A stretch of DNA of 64,000 nucleotides from positions 576,001-640,000 of the forward strand of contig CAXXLQ010000004.1 in NCBI GenBank assembly GCA_963668695.2, read 5' to 3'. The DNA is from Vicinamibacteria bacterium (GTDB lineage: Bacteria; Acidobacteriota; Vicinamibacteria; Marinacidobacterales; Marinacidobacteraceae). The notes beneath the pieces were generated by a model. It worked only from the letters and a program-made list of their open reading frames with translations, was not told the origin of the DNA and made no database searches. A program made the position numbers and the translations under genes. Below are positions 30,253 to 40,398 of the stretch, piece by piece; position 1 is the first letter of the stretch, and each line of letters begins with the position of its first letter.

Positions 30253-32532
30253 ATGTTCGTGGCCCTGCCCCGCGGAAGGGCCCGAAGCCGTTTCCTTCTG
30301 CCAGGAATCGCGGCTGTCCTTTTTCCCTTCCTGACCCACCCGGTGGCTTCTTCCCAGGAACGGGTGGATTTCGAGACGGTGCGATTCGATCGCCGGTTGC
30401 CGGCGGTTCGCGCCACCGGGCCCATCCGGATCGACGGCATCCTCGACGAGGACGAGTGGGCAGGGGCGCCGGTCGCTTCCGGATTCACGCAGGGCAACCC
30501 GAACGAAGGAATGCCGGCGACCTTCGAGACCGAAGTGCGGGTGCTCTACGACGACGAGTTCCTCTACGTCGGCGCCTTCGCCCACGACGACGAGCCCGAC
30601 GGGATCATCGTGAACGACCTGTCGCGCGATTTCTCGACCCGTGCCGGCGACATCTTCGGGGTGGTGCTGGACACGTTCCACGACCGGCGAAACGGCTACA
30701 TGTTCGAGACGAACCCCGCCGGCGCCAAGTTCGACGGGCAGATTTTCAACGAGGGACGGGAGTTCAACCGCGACTGGGACGGCGTCTGGTACGTCAGCAC
30801 CCAGCGGGTTTCCGGCGGCTACCGCGTCGAGATGGCGATCCCGTTCAAGACGCTGCGGTTTCGTGAGAGCCCCGAACAGATCTGGGGCATCAACTTCCTG
30901 CGGCGCGTCCGCCGCCTGAACGAGGACGCCTTCTGGGCGCCGATCCCGCGGTTCTTCAACTTCGCCCGCGTCTCGTACTCGGGATCCCTTGAAGGACTCA
31001 CCGGTCTGGAGGCGGGCGGCCGCTTCAAGGTCACGCCCTACATCGGCGGTGACCTGAGCCAGGACGCCGATGCGGACGCGGCCACCTCGTTCGACGCCGG
31101 CCTCGACGCCAAGGTGCTGATCGGCACGGGGCTCAACCTGGACCTCACCGTGAACACCGACTTCTCACAGGTCGAAGCCGATATCCAGCAGGTGAACCTG
31201 ACCCGGTTCAGCCTGTTCTTCCCGGAGAAACGGGATTTCTTCATCGAGAACTCGGGCATCTTCCGCTTCGGCGTTCCGACCGATTCGCGGGTACAGCAGT
31301 TTCGGGCCGACTTCGGCCAGGCCTTCAATCCGGCGGTATTGCGCGCGAGCCAGAGCCGCGGGGACGACCTGCACCTCTTCTTCAGCCGGCGCATCGGCCT
31401 GTCACCACAAGGGACGCCGATTTCGGTGCTCGGCGGCGGCCGGCTCACCGGCAGGGCCGGCGCTTACGAACTCGGAGTGATGAGCATCCAGACCGGCGAA
31501 CACGCCGAATCCCCCTTCACCGAGAACTTCTCGGCCACCCGGCTGCGGAGAAATCTCGGGGAAAACTCCGATGTGGGCGCGATCTTCCTGAATCGGCAAG
31601 CCGGCGGCGGGAGCAACGACTACAACCGGGCGGTCGGCGCCGACGCGAACATCCGGGTCACCCCGGAACTGGAGGTGAACTCCTACTACGCGCGCACCAT
31701 GAGCCCCGGGAGTTCCGGCAACAACCAGGCCGGCCGCGTCGCGGCCAACTGGGACAGCCGGCTCTGGCAGGCCCGGGGGGCCTGGTCGGTGCTTCAGGAC
31801 GAGTTCAACCCGGAGATGGGGTTCGCCCCCCGAATCGGCATCCGGCGGATTCTCGGTTACCTCGGCTACCACTACCGCCCCGACTGGTGGAGCGATTTCC
31901 TGCGGGAGTTCAATCCCCACTTCGAGTACAGCGGCTACACGGACTCGGATGGGGAACTCGTCAGCCGCTACGCGAACATGCACTTCTCCTTCCGGCACCA
32001 GGGCGGGGCGAATTTCGAGTTCGGTTACAACAACAGCATCGAGAACACATCCGAGGCATTCGCCATCCACCCGACGACGACCGTCCTGCCCGGCCGGCAC
32101 GAGTACGACGAGTGGTTCGTGATGTTCTTTTCGAACCCCAGCCGCCCTCTGTCGTTGAACGCCCGTTTTGACACCGGCACCTTCTACTCCGGCACGCGGC
32201 GCGCGCTCAACCTGAGCGCGGTGGCGCGGGCCGGCGGGAAGTTGACCGCCTATGTCGGTTGGAGCCGGAACGACATCGCGCTCGCCGAAGGAGAGTTCAC
32301 GACCGACCTGCTCACCGCGCGGATCGCCTACACCTTCACCACCAGCATCTTCCTCAACGCACTGATCCAGTACAACAACGTTACCGAGGACTGGAGTTCG
32401 AACATCCGGTTCAACATCATCCACCGGCCGCTGTCCGACTTCTTTGTCGTGCTCAACGACCGGCGCGACCCGATGGGGAATCGGATCGACCGGGCGTTCA
32501 TTGCCAAGTACACCTACCTGCTCGATTTTTGA
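30253..32532 (+). CDS. CBM9-like/DUF5916 outer-membrane protein
   Basis: IDGILDE, EMAIPFKTLRF, NTDFSQVE, FPEKRDFF, FFSRRIG; C-terminal Phe. Confidence 0.8.
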   Translation: MFVALPRGRARSRFLLPGIAAVLFPFLTHPVASSQERVDFETVRFDRRLPAVRATGPIRIDGILDEDEWAGAPVASGFTQGNPNEGMPATFETEVRVLYDDEFLYVGAFAHDDEPDGIIVNDLSRDFSTRAGDIFGVVLDTFHDRRNGYMFETNPAGAKFDGQIFNEGREFNRDWDGVWYVSTQRVSGGYRVEMAIPFKTLRFRESPEQIWGINFLRRVRRLNEDAFWAPIPRFFNFARVSYSGSLEGLTGLEAGGRFKVTPYIGGDLSQDADADAATSFDAGLDAKVLIGTGLNLDLTVNTDFSQVEADIQQVNLTRFSLFFPEKRDFFIENSGIFRFGVPTDSRVQQFRADFGQAFNPAVLRASQSRGDDLHLFFSRRIGLSPQGTPISVLGGGRLTGRAGAYELGVMSIQTGEHAESPFTENFSATRLRRNLGENSDVGAIFLNRQAGGGSNDYNRAVGADANIRVTPELEVNSYYARTMSPGSSGNNQAGRVAANWDSRLWQARGAWSVLQDEFNPEMGFAPRIGIRRILGYLGYHYRPDWWSDFLREFNPHFEYSGYTDSDGELVSRYANMHFSFRHQGGANFEFGYNNSIENTSEAFAIHPTTTVLPGRHEYDEWFVMFFSNPSRPLSLNARFDTGTFYSGTRRALNLSAVARAGGKLTAYVGWSRNDIALAEGEFTTDLLTARIAYTFTTSIFLNALIQYNNVTEDWSSNIRFNIIHRPLSDFFVVLNDRRDPMGNRIDRAFIAKYTYLLDF

Positions 32533-32565
32533 TCGACATCCCAGACTCACCAGGAGGAAGGGCAC

Positions 32566-32964
32566 ATGAAACAGCTACTCAGCCAACACAAGGACACCGC
32601 GTATGCGCTTATGCGCATCGTGGCCGGCTTCCTGTTCTTCTGTCACGGCGCCCAGAAGCTCTTCGGAGTCATGGGCGGGACGCAACATAAACTGATGTCC
32701 CTGCTCGGACTCGCGGGCGTAATCGAAACCGTCGCCGGCCTCGCGATCATGCTCGGCCTCATGACCGGCATCGCCGCCTTTATCAGCAGCGGCCAGATGG
32801 CGGTCGCTTACTTCATGGCGCATCAGTTCCGCGCCGACGAAGCCGGAATGATGCTCGGCTGGTTCCCCATCGAGAACATGGGCGAACGGGCCGTGCTCTT
32901 CTGCTTCGTGTTCCTGTTCATCGCGATGACCGGCGCGGGGAAGTGGAGCGTGGACAACCGCTGA
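32566..32964 (+). CDS. DoxX family membrane protein
   Basis: RIVAGFLF..HGAQKLFG, MAVAYF, GAGKWSVD. Confidence 0.9.
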   Translation: MKQLLSQHKDTAYALMRIVAGFLFFCHGAQKLFGVMGGTQHKLMSLLGLAGVIETVAGLAIMLGLMTGIAAFISSGQMAVAYFMAHQFRADEAGMMLGWFPIENMGERAVLFCFVFLFIAMTGAGKWSVDNR

Positions 32965-33394
32965 CCCTCCTGACTCTGAACACCATCCCGGCCTGATTCC
33001 CGTCGGCCGGCCCGTCGGCAGTGATATCCGGCGCGGGGAGGCGAAAACCTTGCCAGCGCCGGTTCGCGCCCGGCTTCACTTCACGGTGAGACGCAACATC
33101 GGCCCGACGGATCGTGAATCCGGATCGGCGCCGTGAGATTCGCCGCGGTTGCTCTACCGGCGCCCCGCGCGGCTTCCCTCAGCTTGCCCCACGCAGAGCT
33201 GCGAAGGGCCCACGCGGAGCTGCGCCGGGATTCCATCGCACCGCTCACCTGAGGCCTGGCGGGCTTCTGCCACCGGAGCGGCGGCAACCGCCTGGCGCGG
33301 CGCTTTTCGCTCTCCCGAGCCGGGTTGCGGCCGGGACGAAGCTTGCCGCGCCGGGTTGGGCGAACCGGGTTGGGCGAACGGGGTTCGGGCCGGG

Positions 33395-33799
33395 TCAGCG
33401 CCGCCGCCGGCGGCGGCGCTGCACGACCTTCACCTGGTCCGGTTCGGTGACGCCGATGAAAAGCTGATCGTTCTCCTGCATGACCTCGCCGGTGATTTGC
33501 AGGTTCCGTCCCTCGTAGCGCTTCACCGGATCCAGTTCCTTCCACAGGTGCACATGGGTTTCGGGGATGAGAGCCAGGAAACCCGACAGGAAGGAGATCC
33601 GAACGCCGGTGCCGCGGACCATCCGCACATCGAGGGCTCGACCCCCGACGGTGATCTCCTCGCCGACGTGATCGGCGCCCACGTCTCGGACCCCCACCAC
33701 CTCCACCTCTTCCGCGGGCGGGGGATCCTGCGCGAACGCCGCGGGGGTGATCAGGACCGCGAACGCGGACGCAGCCGCGAGTTTGTTGCGGAATCTCAT
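33395..33799 (-). CDS. Secreted small beta-rich (OB-fold-like) protein with C-terminal R7 tail
   Basis: RBS AGGAG, signal peptide ending AFA-QD, GEEITVGG..YEGRNLQITGEV pattern. Confidence 0.7.
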   Translation of the reverse strand: MRFRNKLAAASAFAVLITPAAFAQDPPPAEEVEVVGVRDVGADHVGEEITVGGRALDVRMVRGTGVRISFLSGFLALIPETHVHLWKELDPVKRYEGRNLQITGEVMQENDQLFIGVTEPDQVKVVQRRRRRRR

Positions 33800-33912
33800 G
33801 GCAGGCTCCTCGGTCGGCCCCTTGGTGGCGACGGACGGGAGAACCGCGCGAGCCAGCCGGGACCAGCACCGTACCTCTTTTAGCGAGAAGCGGGCTCCCG
33901 AGTCAATGGGCG
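33800..33912 (-). promoter_or_regulatory. Conserved promoter and structured leader, copy 1
   Basis: TTGACT-N18-TAAAAG; leader hairpin GGTCCC..GGGGCC; paralogous to 34511-34623. Confidence 0.55.
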
Positions 33913-34081
33913 ACTTGGAACGGGGCCTCCTCGGCCCCCCGGGCAACCCATTCCCGGCCCGCCCGCGCCGGCACGGTGGAACCGTGCGGATGCGCTCAGT
34001 GCGGAGTCCCGGACCGCTGGCAGCGCTCGAACCGGGGACGGCGCCAGCCGCACCGGTCGCCCGAATCAGGTTCGGGCCGGA

Positions 34082-34510
34082 TCAGCGCCTCCGGCGGCGG
34101 CGCTGCCTGGGAATGATCTCGATCTGACTGCGGTCAGTGACCTTGATGAAGGGCAACTCGCTCTGCTCCTCGACCTCGCCGGTGATCTTGAGGATGCGCC
34201 CCCTGGCGTAGACCTTTACGGGGTCGGTTCCCTCCCAGTCGCCGAGGTTCGCCCGCGGGATGTACACCCGGAAGGGGTACTCGATGTGGGTCCTGTCGAA
34301 GTGGATGGTGACGCCCTGAACGGGGTTGTTCTCCGTTCTCGCGATGCGTCCCCGGACGACCAGCGACTCGCCGACTTGTTCGAGAGTGATCTCGTGCGGT
34401 GCGACGAACTCCTCCTCCTCGGCGGGAGGATCCTGGGCGAACGCCGCCGGCGCGATCAGGAAAGCGAGCCCGAACGCCGCAGCGGCCGGGACGGTCAAAC
34501 GTGGTCTCAT
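34082..34510 (-). CDS. Secreted OB-fold-like paralog with C-terminal RQRRRRRR tail
   Basis: RBS AGGAGG, signal peptide ending AFA-QD, GESLVVRG..GRILKITGEV. Confidence 0.7.
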   Translation of the reverse strand: MRPRLTVPAAAAFGLAFLIAPAAFAQDPPAEEEEFVAPHEITLEQVGESLVVRGRIARTENNPVQGVTIHFDRTHIEYPFRVYIPRANLGDWEGTDPVKVYARGRILKITGEVEEQSELPFIKVTDRSQIEIIPRQRRRRRR

Positions 34511-34623
34511 AGCAGCCTCCTCTGTCGGCCCCTTCTTGGCGACGGATAGGTGAACCGCATGAGCCAGTCGGGGCCAGTGCACTGCCCTTTGTAGCAACTT
34601 GTCCGCTCCCGAGTCAAAGGGCG
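34511..34623 (-). promoter_or_regulatory. Conserved promoter and structured leader, copy 2
   Basis: TTGACT-N18-TACAAA; hairpin GGCCCC..GGGGCC. Confidence 0.55.
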
Positions 34624-34650
34624 TTCTTGCGGAGTGCGGAGCGGATCCCG

Positions 34651-35370
34651 TCACTGGAGCGTTTCGGACCGCCGGCGCCCGTGTTCTTCGTAGTAGCGAC
34701 CGAACCGGGCCCGCCGCCGCCGGCGCCTGAGATCGTTCCACAGGAGGCCCAGGCGGGACTGTCGCCTCGGAATCAGGCCGTCGCGCCGCAGCAGGACATA
34801 CCCCACGACGAGTCCCCCGAGGTGAGCGATGTGGGAGACCCCATCGGATGTCGCCGAAAGGGAACCCGCCAGCGAAATGAAGCCGAACAGGATCACCATG
34901 TGGCGCGCGCTCATCGGCAGGATTCCGAGCAGATAGACCTGAGCTGACGGGAACAAGAGCCCGAAAGCCAGCAGCACGCCGTACACCGCTCCCGAAGCGC
35001 CGATATGCCGCGCATCGAAGAACGCCGGCAGCGGCAGCAAGGCGAAGAGTCCCGCCCCCACCCCGCAGAGCAGGTAGTAGCGGATGAAGCGGCGCCGGCC
35101 CCAGACCCGTTCGAGCTGCGATCCGAACATGTACAGCATGAACATGTTCATCAGCAGGTGGAACAAACCCCCGTGCAGGAACATGTAGGTGAAGAGACCC
35201 CAGACCTCGAGCGAGAGGACCGCGGGCGGATAGAGGCCGAAAAACCCGGTGACGGCCGGAAACACCAGCTGCACCAGATAGACCCCGCCCGTAATCAGGA
35301 TGAGTTGCTTCACGCCCGGCGGCATGGTTCCGGCCCCGAAGAGGGCGCCGGTTCGGTAGCTGCGGTACAT
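34651..35370 (-). CDS. Rhomboid intramembrane serine protease
   Basis: TYMFLHGG..HLLMNM, GASG, SHIAHLGG. Confidence 0.9.
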   Translation of the reverse strand: MYRSYRTGALFGAGTMPPGVKQLILITGGVYLVQLVFPAVTGFFGLYPPAVLSLEVWGLFTYMFLHGGLFHLLMNMFMLYMFGSQLERVWGRRRFIRYYLLCGVGAGLFALLPLPAFFDARHIGASGAVYGVLLAFGLLFPSAQVYLLGILPMSARHMVILFGFISLAGSLSATSDGVSHIAHLGGLVVGYVLLRRDGLIPRRQSRLGLLWNDLRRRRRRARFGRYYEEHGRRRSETLQ

Positions 35371-35379
35371 GCTGGTCAA

Positions 35380-36158
35380 CAGCCGGTGGTGGAACCCGGG
35401 TGAGCGCCGAGCCCGGTGAGGCCCAGTTCTCCCGGTGGGGCCAGTTCTCCCGGTGGGGGCCCGGCTGACAAGGCGCGTGAGGGAGGAGCCCCCACCGGGA
35501 GAACTGGCCCGAGTGTATTTCGACCGAAACGCAACGATGAGCGGCGCAAAGCGGAGTGGTGAACAGCCGGTGGTGGAAGCCGCGTGAGCGCCGAGCCCGG
35601 TGAGGCCCAGTTCTCCCGGTGGGGCCAGTCCTCCCGGTGGGGCCAGTTCTCCCGGTGGGGGCCCGGTTGACAAGGCGCGTGAGGGAGGAGCCCCCACCGG
35701 GAGAACTGGCCCGAGTGTATTCCGACCGAAACGCAACGATGAGCGGCGCGCAGCGACGCGGTGAACAGCCGGTGGTGGAACCCACGTGAGCGCCGAGCCC
35801 GGTGAGGCCCAGTTCTCCCGGTGGGGCCAGTTCTCCCGGTGGGGGCCCGGCTGACAAGGCGCGCGAGGGAGGAGTCCCCACCGGGAGAACTGGCCCTGGT
35901 GTATTTCGACCGAAACGCAACGATGAGCGGCGCGAAGCGACGCGATTCAGCCGGGATGGATCGCTGGCCGAGCCCCCACCGGGAGAACTGGGCCGCGTGG
36001 GTTTCACTACCGGTTGTTTGGCCGGGATGGATCGCCGGCCGAGCCCCCACCGGGAGAACTGGGCCGCGTGGGCTCCGCCACCGGCTGTCTGGCCGGGATG
36101 GATCGCCGGGCGAGCCCCCACCGGGAGAACTGGGCCGCATGGTTTTCACCACCGGCTG
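35380..36158 (-). mobile_element. MITE family 1 triple nest: 35380-36158 > 35564-36087 > 35766-36016
   Basis: Three left-hand ends then three right-hand ends, each host resuming at the same internal site. Confidence 0.85.
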
Positions 36159-39008
36159 TTAAGAAGCGCGCCGGGCCGCCGGCGCCGGCTCCAGAATCTC
36201 ACGCAGATAGCGCCCGGTCCAGGATTCGGTGTTCCGGGCCACCGCCTCCGGGGTCCCACAGACGACGACCTCGCCGCCGCGACCCCCGCCGTCGGGGCCG
36301 AGATCCACCAGGTAGTCGGCGGTCTTGATCACGTCCAGGTTGTGTTCGATCACTACCACCGTGTTCCCGGCGTCCACCAGACGGTCCAGGACCCGGAGCA
36401 GACGGGCGATGTCGTCGAAATGGAGCCCGGTGGTGGGCTCGTCGAGGATGTAGAGGGTGTCGCCGGTGGACCGCTTCGCAAGTTCGCGAGAGAGCTTGAC
36501 CCGCTGCGCCTCCCCTCCCGAAAGGGTCGGGGACGGTTGTCCCAGCCGGATGTAGCCGAGTCCCACATCCTGGAGCGTCTCGAGAATGTGCAGGATGCCG
36601 GGCTGGGACCGGAACACGGTGATGGCTTCGCTCACCGTGAGGTCGAGCACATCGGCGATGGACCGGCCCTGGTATCGAACCGTGAGCGTCTGGTCGTTGA
36701 AACGCCGTCCGCCGCACACCTGGCAGGACACGAAGACATCGGCCAGGAAGTGCATCTCCACCCGGATCATCCCGTCTCCGTGGCAGTGCTCGCAACGCCC
36801 GCCGGGCACGTTGAAGGAGAAGCGCCCCGGGCGATACCCCTGGGCGCGTGCCGCCGGCAGAGCGGCGAAGAGCAAGCGGATGCCGTCGAAAACCTTCGTG
36901 TAGGTGGCCGGGTTGGAACGCGGGGTGCGGCCGATGGGAGACTGGTCAATGTCCACCACCCTTCCGACGCGTTCCATCCCCTCGATGCGGGAGTGCGGAC
37001 CCACCGGACGCTCCGAGCGGTGGAGCGCGCGGGCGAGCGCCCGGTAGAGAACCTCGTACACGAGGGTGCTCTTGCCGGCGCCGGAGACTCCGGTCACGCA
37101 GGTGAAGGCTCCGAGCGGAATCCGGACATCCACTTCCTTCAGGTTGTTCGCGCGAGCCCCGACGATCCGGACGGAATGCGGTGCGGAGCGCCGGCGGGGC
37201 GGGACGGGGATCTCGAGATCTCCGCGGAGATAGCGTCCGGTGAGAGATTTCGGATCGTTCCGGATCTGCTCCGGAGACCCCTCGGCCACCACTTCCCCGC
37301 CGTAAACCCCAGCCCCCGGGCCGAAGTCCAGCACGTGGTCCGCGGACTCGATGGTCTCCCGGTCGTGCTCCACGACCACCACGGTGTTCCCGATGTCCCG
37401 CAGCCGATGCAGCGCTTCCAGGAGCTTCCCGTTGTCGCGTGGGTGCAGGCCGATGGACGGCTCGTCGAGGATGTAGATGACCCCCGTGAGCTCCGAGCCG
37501 ATCTGGCTGGCCAGCCGGATGCGCTGGGACTCGCCGCCCGAGAGGCTGGGCGCCAGGCGATCGAGCGAGAGGTAGCAGAGCCCCACGTCGGCGAGAAAAC
37601 GGAGCCGATTCCGGATTTCCTTGAGGAGTTCGGCGCCGATGACCAGCGCCGTGCCCTCGAGTTCGAGACTCCCCGCGAGTTCGAGAGCATCCTCGATGGC
37701 CATCGAGGAGATATCCGCGATGGTCCGGCCGCCCACCGTGACGGCGAGCGCCTCGGGACGCAAACGCGTGCCGTCACAGGCGCGGCAGGCGCGGCTCGAG
37801 AAGAAGCGCGCGTAATAGCGCCGCGCCCGGTCGGAGGAGGTTTCCCGCATCCGGCGGGTGAGCACGTTGAGCACTCCCTCCCATTGCACCGGTCGGGAAC
37901 TCTTTTGGTAATTGACGGGAATCCGCTCGCGGCCGGCGCCGGACAGCAGGATCTTCCGCTTGGCGGCGGCGAGACGCTCCCACGGGCGGTCGAGATCCAC
38001 CTCGAACCGCTTCGCCACCCCCCGAATCACCGTCGCCTCCCAGCCGTCCTTCTCGGCGAACCGGCCCCAAAACGCCACCGCGCCCTCGTTGATGCTCAGG
38101 CGCGGATCGGGGACCACGAGGTCCTCGTCCACCTCGCCGCGGGCGCCGAGGCCGTTGCACTCCTTGCACATGCCCTGGGGGCTGTTGAAGGAGAAGAGCT
38201 GCGGAGAAAGCTCGGGGAATCCGATGCCGCAGCTCGGGCAGCCGTTCTTTTCGGAGAAGACCCGGTCCCGGGACTCCCCTTCGACCGCCGCGATCACGAT
38301 GCCGTCCCCCTCGCGAAGCGCGGTCTCGACCGAATCGGTGACCCGCCCCCGCCATTCCTCGCTGACCGGCTCCTTTCGGGCCAGCCGGTCCACCACGATC
38401 TCGACGTTGTGCTTCTTTCGCTTCTCGAGGGCCTCGACTTCCTCGATGAGCTGGACCTCCCCGTCAATCCGCGCCCGGGAGAAGCCGCGGCGCAGGATGG
38501 TCTCCAGGGTGGAGCGGAACTCGCCCCGGCGGTTTTCGAGCACCGGCGCGAGGAGCAGAAACCGCGAGCCGGCCGGGAGATTCGCGAGTTCCTCGACGAT
38601 CTCCTGGGCGGTCTGCGGGCTTACCGCCCGGCCGCAGCGAGGACAGTGGGCGACCCCGACCCGGGCGAAGAGCACCCGCAGGTAGTCGGAAATCTCCGTG
38701 ATGGTCCCGACCGTGGAGCGGGGATTGTGGCTGGCCGACTTCTGATCGACCGAGATTGTCGGAGAGAGCCCCTGGATCGTGTCGTAGAGGGGCTTGTCCA
38801 TCTGCCCGAGGAACTGGCGGGCGTAGCTGGACAGCGATTCGACGTAGCGACGCTGACCTTCGGCGTAGAGGGTGTCGAGCGCCAGGGACGACTTTCCCGA
38901 CCCCGAGACCCCGCTCAGAACGACGAGGCGCTTCTTCGGAATACGAACGGTAATGTTCTTGAGATTGTGCTGCCTGGCGCCCCGCACCACGATGCGATCG
39001 GGCTCCAT
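36159..39008 (-). CDS. uvrA: Excinuclease ABC subunit A
   Basis: GARQHNLK, GVSGSGKSS, two ABC domains, zinc fingers. Confidence 0.97.
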   Translation of the reverse strand: MEPDRIVVRGARQHNLKNITVRIPKKRLVVLSGVSGSGKSSLALDTLYAEGQRRYVESLSSYARQFLGQMDKPLYDTIQGLSPTISVDQKSASHNPRSTVGTITEISDYLRVLFARVGVAHCPRCGRAVSPQTAQEIVEELANLPAGSRFLLLAPVLENRRGEFRSTLETILRRGFSRARIDGEVQLIEEVEALEKRKKHNVEIVVDRLARKEPVSEEWRGRVTDSVETALREGDGIVIAAVEGESRDRVFSEKNGCPSCGIGFPELSPQLFSFNSPQGMCKECNGLGARGEVDEDLVVPDPRLSINEGAVAFWGRFAEKDGWEATVIRGVAKRFEVDLDRPWERLAAAKRKILLSGAGRERIPVNYQKSSRPVQWEGVLNVLTRRMRETSSDRARRYYARFFSSRACRACDGTRLRPEALAVTVGGRTIADISSMAIEDALELAGSLELEGTALVIGAELLKEIRNRLRFLADVGLCYLSLDRLAPSLSGGESQRIRLASQIGSELTGVIYILDEPSIGLHPRDNGKLLEALHRLRDIGNTVVVVEHDRETIESADHVLDFGPGAGVYGGEVVAEGSPEQIRNDPKSLTGRYLRGDLEIPVPPRRRSAPHSVRIVGARANNLKEVDVRIPLGAFTCVTGVSGAGKSTLVYEVLYRALARALHRSERPVGPHSRIEGMERVGRVVDIDQSPIGRTPRSNPATYTKVFDGIRLLFAALPAARAQGYRPGRFSFNVPGGRCEHCHGDGMIRVEMHFLADVFVSCQVCGGRRFNDQTLTVRYQGRSIADVLDLTVSEAITVFRSQPGILHILETLQDVGLGYIRLGQPSPTLSGGEAQRVKLSRELAKRSTGDTLYILDEPTTGLHFDDIARLLRVLDRLVDAGNTVVVIEHNLDVIKTADYLVDLGPDGGGRGGEVVVCGTPEAVARNTESWTGRYLREILEPAPAARRAS

Positions 39009-39465
39009 GGACTGTTCCGGGAGTCTAAAGGTTGGGGGCGGCCAGTCCCCCCGGTGGGGGCCTAGCAGCGCTGGGCAGTTCTCCCGGTGGGGCCCTTCAG
39101 ACCGGCATCGCTCCCGGCAGGGGAGCGAAACTCCCAGCGCCAGTCCCCGCATGGCGCAGCCGGCAACGAGGATGGCGCAACGCAATCCCGCCCAGGAACG
39201 CCGGTCTTCAGGCCCCCACCGGGAGAACTGGCCAGCATCGCGGCCGCAGGCCGCGAAACTCCCGTCGCCAGTCCCCGCATGGACCAGCAAAAACCCCAGG
39301 AACGCTGGCCCGTTCTTCCGGTGGAGGTCGGCACCGCGGCCCGACAGGGCCGCGAAACCGCGTGCCGCCCCGCGCCTGCGTGGCGGCCCTCTGAATGACG
39401 TGGGCGACACCGAAGCCCAATACACTCTTCGCTTCGTCCAACTCCGAAAGGCCCTCCCCGCACCC

Positions 39466-40398
39466 ATGCACAACTCCGCCGCCATCGGTTACGACCAGCC
39501 GCTGTTCATCCAGCCCTTCGACCACCGGGGCAGCTTCACGAAGTCCTTCTTCGGCTTCCGCGGCGCCCCGGAAATCTCTCCCGGCAGCGACCGATTCGCG
39601 CCGGTGGCGGCGGCGAAAAGCCTGATCTATCGCGGCCTCCTCCAGGCGATCGAGGGCGGCGTTCCGAAGGAGCAGGTGGGGATCCTGGTGGACGCCCAGT
39701 TCGGCAGCCAGATCCTGGCCGACGCCGACGCCCGGGGGATCCCGCGGGCGGTCTGTATCGAAAAGAGCGGCCAGCCAGTATTCGACTTCGAGTACGGCGC
39801 GGGGTGGGTGAACCACATCCGCTTTCACCGGCCGGACATCGTGAAGGTGCTGGTCCGCCTCCACCCCGACGACCCCGCGGCCGATACCGCGCAGCAACTC
39901 ACCCGGCTCAAGCTCGCGTCGGACTACCTGCACGGCCCGGAACGGCGCCTGTTCATGTTCGAGCTGCTGGTGCCGGCCACCACCGACGAGGACAAGGAAG
40001 CGGGCGCGACCTACGACCGTGACCTCCGCCCCGGCCACATGGTGCGAGCGATCCACCTGATCCAGGACTTCGGCATCGAGCCGGACATCTGGAAGATCGA
40101 GGGAGTGGACCGCGGAGAAGACGCGGAACGAGTCGCGGCGGCGGCTCGCAGCGGACCCGGCCGGGAGCGGGTCGGCTCCATCGTCCTGGGGCGCGGCTCC
40201 GATGCTGCACAGGTCCACGAGTGGCTGCGGGTAGCGGCCCCGGTGGACGGCTTCATCGGCTTCGCCGTCGGCCGCACCAACTTCCGCGAACCGCTGGGTT
40301 CGCACCTCGCCGGCCAGCTCGACGAGGCGGACGCCATCGCGCAAATCGCCGCCAACTACCGGTCCTGCGTGGACACCTGGCGCGCCGCCCGGGATTGA
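39466..40398 (+). CDS. DUF2090/IolC-associated aldolase-domain protein
   Basis: PFDHRGS, EKSG, FELLVP, PDIWKIEG, VLGRG, GFAVGRT. Confidence 0.8.
   Translation: MHNSAAIGYDQPLFIQPFDHRGSFTKSFFGFRGAPEISPGSDRFAPVAAAKSLIYRGLLQAIEGGVPKEQVGILVDAQFGSQILADADARGIPRAVCIEKSGQPVFDFEYGAGWVNHIRFHRPDIVKVLVRLHPDDPAADTAQQLTRLKLASDYLHGPERRLFMFELLVPATTDEDKEAGATYDRDLRPGHMVRAIHLIQDFGIEPDIWKIEGVDRGEDAERVAAAARSGPGRERVGSIVLGRGSDAAQVHEWLRVAAPVDGFIGFAVGRTNFREPLGSHLAGQLDEADAIAQIAANYRSCVDTWRAARD

Noticed and set aside
33395-35370. Rhombosortase/GlyGly-CTERM sorting system
   Set aside because: The poly-Arg tails have no preceding transmembrane helix or GlyGly motif.
34082-36152. Long ORFs rich in PHRENW/PPGELA/QFSRWG peptides
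   Set aside because: These are read-through of MITE and 18-mer DNA; the real genes start at 34510 and 35370.
35380-36158. CRISPR array
   Set aside because: The intervening sequences are homologous MITE segments, not unique spacers; orientations are mixed; no cas genes are present.
39009-39485. N-terminal extension of UvrA (1108-aa ORF)
   Set aside because: It runs through REP/18-mer repeats; the canonical start is at 39008.
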